32,000 nucleotides of DNA. Source: Bacillus marinisedimentorum. GTDB lineage: Bacteria > Bacillota > Bacilli > Bacillales > Bacillaceae_O. A model generated the notes under the pieces. The model searched no databases. It was not told where the DNA came from and saw nothing but the letters and a program-made list of their open reading frames with translations. The DNA is taken from the NCBI RefSeq assembly GCF_001644195.2, contig NZ_LWBL02000039.1, positions 38,309 through 70,308 of the forward strand, given 5' to 3'. Shown piece by piece: positions 17,507 to 23,977 of this stretch. How positions within the stretch are numbered: the first letter of the stretch is position 1; every line of letters starts with the position of its first letter. The position numbers and the translations under genes are program-made.

Positions 17507-19168
17507 CTACTCGCTGTTTGTGACGCGCAGCACTTCTTCGGTCGTCGTCACGCCTTCTTTCACTTTGAGGAGCCCGTCATCAATCAAATAAATCATTTTC
17601 TGGTTTGTGGCATAGTCACGGATGTTCCCCATTGATTCCCCATCCATGATCATCCGCCTCATCTCATCATCGACTGTCATGAGCTCATGTATGGCGACCC
17701 TGCCTTTATAGCCGGTCATATTGCACGTTCCGCAGCCTCTTCCCCGCATGATCCTTTCGATTGTAATTCCGCGTTTCGAGAAAATTTCAAGCTCCCTTTT
17801 CGTCGGTTCCTGCACTTCGCCGCAGTCGCGGCATACCTTCCTGACAAGGCGCTGGGCGACTACGCCTGAAAGTGAAGCTGCAACAAGAAAGGGTTCCACC
17901 CCCATGTCGGTAAGGCGGGTGATTGATGTCACTGCATCATTTGTGTGCAATGTACTTAAAACAAGATGCCCGGTAAGGGAGGCCCGCACCGCAATTTCAG
18001 CCGTCTCTTTATCCCGGATCTCACCGACCATGATAATATTCGGATCCTGCCGCAAAATCGAGCGCAAGCCCCGAGCAAACGTCATCCCGATTCCTGCATT
18101 GACCTGGATCTGGTTAATTCCTTCAATCTGGTATTCTACCGGGTCTTCGATGGTGATGATGTTGACTTCCTCACGATTCAAATGATTGAGGGCCCCATAA
18201 AGCGTAGAAGACTTTCCGGATCCTGTCGGGCCGGTAATCAGCACAATGCCTGTCGGCTGTTCGATCAGCTTGTAGAACCGTTTTAAATTGACCTTATTGA
18301 AGCCAATCTTGTTCAAGTCATTCAGCGCGCTGCTCAAATCGAGGATGCGCATGACGACTTTTTCACCGTAGATGGTCGGAAGCGTCGCGATCCTTATGTC
18401 AACCGGATGAAAATCAAGGTTTGTCTTAAGGCGGCCGTCCTGCGGCAAACGGCTTTCTGTAATATCGAGATCCGCCATGATTTTGATGCGGGCCGTCATG
18501 ACGTTTTGCATATGTTTTGGAAGCGATCTCTCTACCCTTAACACGCCGTCCACGCGGAATCGGACATCGAGCTTCGATTCGTGCGGATCAAAGTGGATGT
18601 CGCTCGCTCGCTGCTGGACCGCACTTTTAAGAATCTGGTTGACAAGCCTCACAACCGGCGAATCTTCATCGGTGATCCGCTCATCTTCTCCAAGCCCGCC
18701 GGCCGGCATTTCTTTCATCAGCTCTTCCATCGACTCATCGATTCCATAATATTTGTTGATGGCCTTCAAAATATCATCTTTGGTGGCTATCGCCGTCTCA
18801 ATCTGGAAGCCGGTGGACAGGCGCAAATCATCAATTGCATAAAAGTCCATCGGATCGGCCATGGCGACAAACACCCTGTCGCCTTCCTTCTTTAAGGGAA
18901 TGACAAGATTGCGGCTGGCGAAGTCTTTCGGAATCAAGCTGATCAGCTGAGTGTCGAAAGGATAGCGGTACAGGCTGACATGCGGGATTCCAAGCTGGAA
19001 TTCGAGTACTTCGATCAATTGCTGTTCCGTTATGTATCCGAGCTGCAGAAGCGCATCTCCCAGTTTCTGGCCTTTGCTTTTTTCAGCCAGAGCATTGGAC
19101 AGCTGTCCGTCTGTTATCAAGCCTGCTTCCACGAGCAGGTCCCCGAGGCGTTTCCTTGTTGTGCTCAT
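17507..19168 (-). CDS. pilB: T4P extension ATPase PilB (GspE family) with an MshEN-type N-terminal domain
   Basis: Walker A GPTGSGKSST, a tetracysteine zinc motif (CRDCGE...CGTCNMTGYKGR), and an N-terminal RLGDLLVEAGLITDGQLSNALAEK / KLGDALLQLGYITEQQLIEVLEFQ tandem motif. I prefer the ATG at 19166-19168 (RBS GGGAGGG) to the start at 19186. Confidence 0.93.
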   Translation of the reverse strand: MSTTRKRLGDLLVEAGLITDGQLSNALAEKSKGQKLGDALLQLGYITEQQLIEVLEFQLGIPHVSLYRYPFDTQLISLIPKDFASRNLVIPLKKEGDRVFVAMADPMDFYAIDDLRLSTGFQIETAIATKDDILKAINKYYGIDESMEELMKEMPAGGLGEDERITDEDSPVVRLVNQILKSAVQQRASDIHFDPHESKLDVRFRVDGVLRVERSLPKHMQNVMTARIKIMADLDITESRLPQDGRLKTNLDFHPVDIRIATLPTIYGEKVVMRILDLSSALNDLNKIGFNKVNLKRFYKLIEQPTGIVLITGPTGSGKSSTLYGALNHLNREEVNIITIEDPVEYQIEGINQIQVNAGIGMTFARGLRSILRQDPNIIMVGEIRDKETAEIAVRASLTGHLVLSTLHTNDAVTSITRLTDMGVEPFLVAASLSGVVAQRLVRKVCRDCGEVQEPTKRELEIFSKRGITIERIMRGRGCGTCNMTGYKGRVAIHELMTVDDEMRRMIMDGESMGNIRDYATNQKMIYLIDDGLLKVKEGVTTTEEVLRVTNSE

Positions 19169-19182
19169 ACTGACCCTCCCGT

Positions 19183-20529
19183 TCAATTCCCTTTGATCAC
19201 TTCTCCAGGCTGGTCCCAGATCGAACCGCCGTTTCTGTCTGGCCAGTCAGCCGGACCGGTCTGGCCGTTTTCGGCTTCTGTTTCATTCCCCGGCTCTGGA
19301 TCATCGCTGATGCCTCCTGGTTCCAAATCTGAAGCTGTTTCTTCCGTTTCTGGAGGTGCGCTGCCACTTCTGGCAGCACTGCCTTCCCTGAGCGGCCGGA
19401 CTTCAATCCGGTGAACAGGCGAATAATAATCTTCAGCAAGCACCATTTCAGACAGTAGTTCGCCTGCAGGTGTTTTTTCAATCCGGAACAATTGAACGGA
19501 ATATCCCGGAGATCCTTCTTCAGTCACTTTCTTTTCTCCTGGCGCAAGCAAAGAAGAATACTGCACGACCGTTTTCGGATTATAGGATGCCTTTTCCCCC
19601 AGGACGGCCTCATATTGAAGGAAAAAAGGAATTCCGCTGATTTCGACGGTCAGAATGTCTTCTGTCAAATCGAACGTTATCGTATATGGTGTTGGATTGG
19701 GGTTATAGAAAACAAAATCCAAATTTCCGGCCAATACCTTTGCTTCATAGCCAGGAGGAATATCTTCTGGCACCGCATTGCCGATATGGCGCTCGACGAT
19801 CGAGAAGTTTGTTTCAGCTGCAGCCCTATACAGAGCGGACGAAATTATTGAAAGATACAAGCCCTGTTCACCTGGAACCCCTTTTTTTCCGAACGTATTC
19901 AATACCGAAAATGAACTTTCCGGCAAAATCGTATACGTTTCACCCGGCTTTACATAGTCATGGAGAATAGGCATTTTGTCTGCCAATCCGGTAATGGACA
20001 CACGGGCCACAACTTGTTTTTCCGCTCCATCAACGTCCCTGAACGCAAGAAGGGAATACGTATGGACTCCTGTCTTCATCTTTTCGGCATCTTGGAGCAT
20101 GTTTTGCTTCAGCCGATCAATGTCCAGGACAGAAAGAATCGTTTCGCCTGCCAGCAGCCGGGCCGACCGATATACCTCTTCATCGTTGACAGTAATAACA
20201 GGCTTATTGTTTTGACCGTCTTGGACAGCTGCAATGGAAGTCTCCACATCAATCATAACGCCATTAATCGGATACGTTTTATCCTGCATCTTGAGCTGAA
20301 ACGCAGCTCCCTGCTGCCATTCAGCTGCGATATCTGCCAACTCCGAAGTTGCTTCTTCCTCAGTTAATCCGCTTATATCAGCATCAGCGATTTTCGTTCC
20401 TGAAGAATATGTCCCGTTTGCAGAAACCGTTTTTTCATAGACGAATGTACCACCATGTGTAAACGCGATGATAAAAAGGCTTCCTAAAAAAAGCAGTAAG
20501 AAAAGTTTCAGTTGTTGTATGTTCTTCAT
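19183..20529 (-). CDS. Secreted or membrane-anchored VanW-like protein with a G5-like domain and an acidic tail; the active-site motif is degenerate
   Basis: Signal/TM segment (LKLFLLLFLGSLFIIAF). VanW-domain pattern P.ssFS....G...G...(x)ALYRAAAETNFSIVERH...P.GYEAKV..NLDFVFYNP. A G5-like stretch follows (VVQYSSLLAPGEKKVTEEGSPGYSVQLFRIE). I prefer the ATG at 20527-20529 (RBS AAAGGAGGA) to the start at 20553. Confidence 0.65.
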   Translation of the reverse strand: MKNIQQLKLFLLLFLGSLFIIAFTHGGTFVYEKTVSANGTYSSGTKIADADISGLTEEEATSELADIAAEWQQGAAFQLKMQDKTYPINGVMIDVETSIAAVQDGQNNKPVITVNDEEVYRSARLLAGETILSVLDIDRLKQNMLQDAEKMKTGVHTYSLLAFRDVDGAEKQVVARVSITGLADKMPILHDYVKPGETYTILPESSFSVLNTFGKKGVPGEQGLYLSIISSALYRAAAETNFSIVERHIGNAVPEDIPPGYEAKVLAGNLDFVFYNPNPTPYTITFDLTEDILTVEISGIPFFLQYEAVLGEKASYNPKTVVQYSSLLAPGEKKVTEEGSPGYSVQLFRIEKTPAGELLSEMVLAEDYYSPVHRIEVRPLREGSAARSGSAPPETEETASDLEPGGISDDPEPGNETEAENGQTGPADWPDRNGGSIWDQPGEVIKGN

Positions 20530-20641
20530 GTTGTTCCTCCTTTCACCGCTCATGGTTCAAAAGACTTATATTTTGCTTTATTCGTGTTTCTTTGACAATC
20601 TCCTGCCACATGAATAAAAATCTTATAAAGGCCGGCAAATA

Positions 20642-21370
20642 CTAGCTCGTTTCCATTTCATTAAGGATTGACTCAAGCCGCCCCGATTTCGCACTGTTGT
20701 TATTTACCGGTTCTGAATCTGTATCTTGAAAATGCGGACGGCGGCGATCCTTACCAGCTGCATCCATCAAGGACGGCAAGTTTGCTCCCTTTCCTACTTT
20801 ACCGGCTTGCTCCTCTGTTTCATTCAGCTCAGCTATTTCCTCGAGTACAGCTTCAAGCGGACGTTGACGTTCTGCTGGTTCCTCATTGCCGTGCAATACC
20901 GCCCTGTCATCCGCTCCATCCAAATCGTCGAGCCCTTCAAGCAGATTTTCCAGCTGATATTCCCTTCCGTACTTATCATCATTACTTACAGCTTTTGTTT
21001 CCATCTCCTCAGAAGCGGGGAGACTGTCCCCTGATGCTCCATTACCCTCAGCAGCGAGATTCAGAGTCTGGCATTCAGAGGCATCATCCCCCATACTGTT
21101 TCCCTTTTCTTCAAATTCATCAAGGCTCGCTGCCGTTTGTATAAAAGCAATGCGATCTTTTAAAAGGAAATAAGCTGTAACCGATAATACCCCTGCCGCC
21201 GCCAGCCCTGCTGCACCATAAATATATTCCGCTAACAGGGAAAGTGAAGCGATGATACTGGATCCTGCAGTTATGGTAAGTTTGCTTTTAACATTCATCT
21301 GTAGCGGAGCAAAATAAAAAATGATTCCGAGTATAACAGCTGCTGCCGCAGCAATAAGCACTGATTCCAC
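20642..21370 (-). CDS. Hypothetical membrane protein with a long acidic, probably disordered C-terminal half
   Basis: About three N-terminal TM segments, then a D/E-rich region (LLEGLDDLDGADD, EEIAELNETEEQ). I recognise no family. A GTG at 21368-21370 has an AGGGAG RBS; the ORF-track start is the GTG at 21388. Confidence 0.5.
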   Translation of the reverse strand: MESVLIAAAAAVILGIIFYFAPLQMNVKSKLTITAGSSIIASLSLLAEYIYGAAGLAAAGVLSVTAYFLLKDRIAFIQTAASLDEFEEKGNSMGDDASECQTLNLAAEGNGASGDSLPASEEMETKAVSNDDKYGREYQLENLLEGLDDLDGADDRAVLHGNEEPAERQRPLEAVLEEIAELNETEEQAGKVGKGANLPSLMDAAGKDRRRPHFQDTDSEPVNNNSAKSGRLESILNEMETS

Positions 21371-21400
21371 AGTTTCACTCCCTCTCACTCTGTTAGATTT

Positions 21401-21407
21401 TGTCGAA
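21401..21407 (+). promoter_or_regulatory. Candidate Spo0A box in the divergent T4P promoter region
   Basis: The plus strand reads atTTTGTCGAAtc. It ends about 28 nt upstream of an extended -10 (TGTATAAT, 21434-21441) facing the minor-pilin operon. It also lies in the leader or promoter of the minus-strand operon. Confidence 0.4.
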
Positions 21408-21433
21408 TCAATCTACTATTCTTCTAATTTATT

Positions 21434-21441
21434 GTATAATA
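21434..21441 (+). promoter_or_regulatory. Extended -10 element (TGTATAAT) for the minor-pilin operon
   Basis: A perfect TATAAT preceded by TGn. The -35 region is poor (CTACTA), as is typical of activator-dependent promoters. An alternative promoter is TTGAAA, 17 nt, TTCAAT further downstream. Confidence 0.35.
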
Positions 21442-21516
21442 AATGTAACAAAGTTGAAAGATTTGTCATATTTTAATTCAATGTAATTAGTTCAAGGGGC
21501 AAGGGAGGCATGGGTA

Positions 21517-22002
21517 TTGAGGACTAAAGTCTCAGGTGAAGAAGGGTTTACGTTAATGGAAGTTATGCTGGCATTTACAATACTTGCCATTGCCGCTGTC
21601 CCCTTTTTCATGTTTTTCACCCAATCGATGATGTTTTCAGCCGAAAATGGAAAGAAACTGGCCGGAATTCAAACGGCCCGGGAAGTTATGGCGTACATAC
21701 ATGAAAAAAATGTCACAGCAGAAGACTTCACCGTTACGATTGATGGCAATCGGCAAGCGCTTGATTGGTCCCCTCTCATTTCAGATGACAGCGAGGCTTT
21801 TAAAAAAACGGCAGTACCGCACACAGTTATCCTTGAACAAAATCAAACGGATTACTTTGTCCGGGTCGTCTCCGCATCCTTTAACGGGCCTGCACCTGCC
21901 GGCGGTGCCCCGCTCCAGCCCGTAGCAGTTGAGGTTTACTCAGATGCGGATGCCGGCTCTTTTGTAACTGAGACATTCGGTTATGTCGGGGAGGGTTCAT
22001 AA
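21517..22002 (+). CDS. Minor pilin (prepilin-type N-terminal cleavage/methylation domain)
   Basis: TTG start 8 nt after a GGGAGG RBS. ...SGEEG|FTLMEVMLAFTILAIAAVPFF has the G|FTLxE prepilin signature with Glu at +5. Confidence 0.8.
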   Translation: MRTKVSGEEGFTLMEVMLAFTILAIAAVPFFMFFTQSMMFSAENGKKLAGIQTAREVMAYIHEKNVTAEDFTVTIDGNRQALDWSPLISDDSEAFKKTAVPHTVILEQNQTDYFVRVVSASFNGPAPAGGAPLQPVAVEVYSDADAGSFVTETFGYVGEGS

Positions 22003-22458
22003 GTGAAATTGAAGGCCCCCTTCATGGACAGCAGCGGTGTAACATTGATCGAATTACTGACAGCATTGACACTCACCATAATGGTGCTTGGCGTTTTTTT
22101 CAATGCCCTGCAAAACAGCATGAATGCGTATGACAAAACGGCAATACATAACCGTTTGAGGCAAGAAGCAAACATCGTCCTCACCAGTCTTGCTGAAACC
22201 CACCGCAAATGGGACCTTCCTTACAAATTGGCGTCAGCAGATAGTGAAATTACCTTGAATGGGGATTCAGGTGAGCGTACGATTTCAAGTGGAGAATTCA
22301 AATATTTGGTTACGATAAACGAAGTCAGCAATTTGAATGACGGCCCTGTGGTGATCAATGCTTCCAGCTATCATATTTCATTGACAGTCCGATCAAAACG
22401 AAAAGCAGCAGAATCATATACACTGTCAACTTCCATCGACAGAATCAAGGAGGATTGA
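22003..22458 (+). CDS. Minor pilin (prepilin-type N-terminal domain)
   Basis: GTG start abutting the previous stop codon. ...DSSG|VTLIELLTALTLTIMVLGVFF has the prepilin signature with Glu at +5. Confidence 0.8.
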   Translation: MKLKAPFMDSSGVTLIELLTALTLTIMVLGVFFNALQNSMNAYDKTAIHNRLRQEANIVLTSLAETHRKWDLPYKLASADSEITLNGDSGERTISSGEFKYLVTINEVSNLNDGPVVINASSYHISLTVRSKRKAAESYTLSTSIDRIKED

Positions 22459-22463
22459 TGCCT

Positions 22464-23474
22464 ATGTTTCATACGGATGAAAAAGGATCAGCGCTTCTTA
22501 CCGTCCTGCTTATGATTTCCATCATTTTTATATTCGGAGCCGTTCTAGCCAGCTCAGCCATCAGCGGAATGAAGCAGACAAAAATGTCTGAAAGGGACAT
22601 CCAGGCAATACACCTTGCTGAAATGGGAATCGCACAATTCAGGAAAAATCCTTCTCAGTCGCTAAACAGCACCGGTCCTTTTTACATAAACGGAAAAGAC
22701 CCGGCAAGTGCTACAGCACTGAAATACTCATATCAATTTGAAAATGTAAGCAGGGACACCCGTACAGGTTTTTTCTCCTTGACCTCGGCGGGTACTTCTC
22801 ATGGAATAACAAGAAGGATTGATGTAAGCGGTACATTGTACGACGGGAATACACCGCCATGTGACGGCCCGTTTGCACCTGATTGCTATGTGGAAGAGGA
22901 TGCAGAGGTCAGCCAAAGTGTGATTACAGGAGGTGATATGACCGTTTGTAATAAAGCGAACCTCGAAATTAAAAACGGCAGCCTGTTCGTCGGGGAGATG
23001 CTTTACTTGTCCCATAACGCCGGCGGAGCGAACAGTTCATCAATCATTGTCGAAGAGAATGCTTATTTTAGATCTGGAATTACCATGCTGCAGCAAAACA
23101 GTCTGATTGTGAAGGGCGATGCTTACTTTTACAATCCCTACATTGACCTGAAAGGCAGCAAACTGCAGCCGTGTCCCCCTGAGAAGCAGGCGGACAGTAA
23201 CGGACAGGGCAGCCCTAATGTAAACAAGTCCGGTAATGGTAATGAAAACGGAAATAAAGGCCTGGTTTGTGTGGAAGGAACCCTGTTTTATCCAGAAGGT
23301 GAAGAATTGCTGGAAAGGAAGACACTGGCGGAAAACACAACTTGCGGTTCGCTTGGCCCAGGCATAGAAAGAGGTATTTTCGCCCGAAGCTTCGAAGCCA
23401 TTCCGCCAGACAGATTTCCTGACTTCTTCAAAGAGTTCCCGCTGGTTATCATTGAAGAAATTACCTATCAGTAA
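22464..23474 (+). CDS. PilX/GspK-like large minor pilin lacking Glu+5 (possible tip or priming subunit)
   Basis: DEKG|SALLTVLLMISIIFIFGAVLA is a PilX_N-type hydrophobic N-terminus without Glu5. The C-terminal region has repetitive beta-strand-like segments and a GNGNENGNK low-complexity patch. The ATG at 22464 is best spaced from the AAGGAGGA RBS; the ORF-track start is the TTG at 22455. Confidence 0.7.
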   Translation: MFHTDEKGSALLTVLLMISIIFIFGAVLASSAISGMKQTKMSERDIQAIHLAEMGIAQFRKNPSQSLNSTGPFYINGKDPASATALKYSYQFENVSRDTRTGFFSLTSAGTSHGITRRIDVSGTLYDGNTPPCDGPFAPDCYVEEDAEVSQSVITGGDMTVCNKANLEIKNGSLFVGEMLYLSHNAGGANSSSIIVEENAYFRSGITMLQQNSLIVKGDAYFYNPYIDLKGSKLQPCPPEKQADSNGQGSPNVNKSGNGNENGNKGLVCVEGTLFYPEGEELLERKTLAENTTCGSLGPGIERGIFARSFEAIPPDRFPDFFKEFPLVIIEEITYQ

Positions 23475-23548
23475 CATTTGTACGGCTGTTAACAGTGATG
23501 TTGATTACGGTGTAAAATGGAAAGCAAAAAAATAAAGCAGGCTATTCT

Positions 23549-23668
23549 GGAGCTTACCCGTTCCTTTCCGCTGCAGACATTCGCTTTCACCACGGACACA
23601 AGGGCGACATCCGTTCCTGCTTCCCTCCGGTCGCACTTGTGCCTATGGTGAAAACGAGCCCCTGCTCC
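23549..23668 (+). ncRNA. Copy B of the unclassified structured element (paralog of 4308-4394); candidate sRNA
   Basis: Nested helices: GGAGC 23549-23553 with GCTCC 23664-23668; TTTCACCA 23585-23592 with TGGTGAAA 23646-23653; CACAAGGGCGAC 23597-23608 with GTCGCACTTGTG 23630-23641. The 21 nt loop is ATCCGTTCCTGCTTCCCTCCG. A plus-strand promoter candidate is TTAACA (23489-23494), 18 nt, TAAAAT (23513-23518). A weak hairpin plus T-run lies at about 23683-23712. Confidence 0.45.
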
Positions 23669-23840
23669 GTATATCAACGTACTCATTTTAAAATGCAATG
23701 TCTTTGCTTTTCTTCCTACAAAATATTGCCCCTTTAATGGAACATCAAGCGGAAATTGTTTTGGGAATTATAAACCGGTTTATCAGAAGATGCATCTAAT
23801 GACGGCATGCAGAACCATTTCTGTTACTCTTATAACCCGA

Positions 23841-23900
23841 ATAACAAGAAGAACAGCAGACCATCCATTTTACGGTTTGGCCCGCTGTTCTTCTTGTTAT
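23841..23900. terminator. Long perfect hairpin; candidate bidirectional terminator between the convergent minor-pilin operon and the GGDEF gene
   Basis: ATAACAAGAAGAACAGC (23841-23857) pairs perfectly with GCTGTTCTTCTTGTTAT (23884-23900), giving 17 bp and a 26 nt loop. Both 3' arms are T-rich. Confidence 0.55.
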
Positions 23901-23977
23901 TTAATGTGTGAAATTACAATTTTCTCCCTCACAAAACGAACCAGCTGCCTTTCACGGAGAGGGGCGCGTGTTCACAA

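Noticed and set aside
23549-23668. Possibility that elements A and B are riboswitches (cobalamin-like GGTGAAAGC / GCAGCGGAAAGG, glycine-like ACCGAAGG, or c-di-GMP class I GGCAAAC).
   Set aside because: Only short fragments resemble those consensus cores, and they are not conserved between the two copies; for example, GGCAAAC in A is GGGAAGC in B. In neither orientation is there a downstream same-strand gene to regulate.
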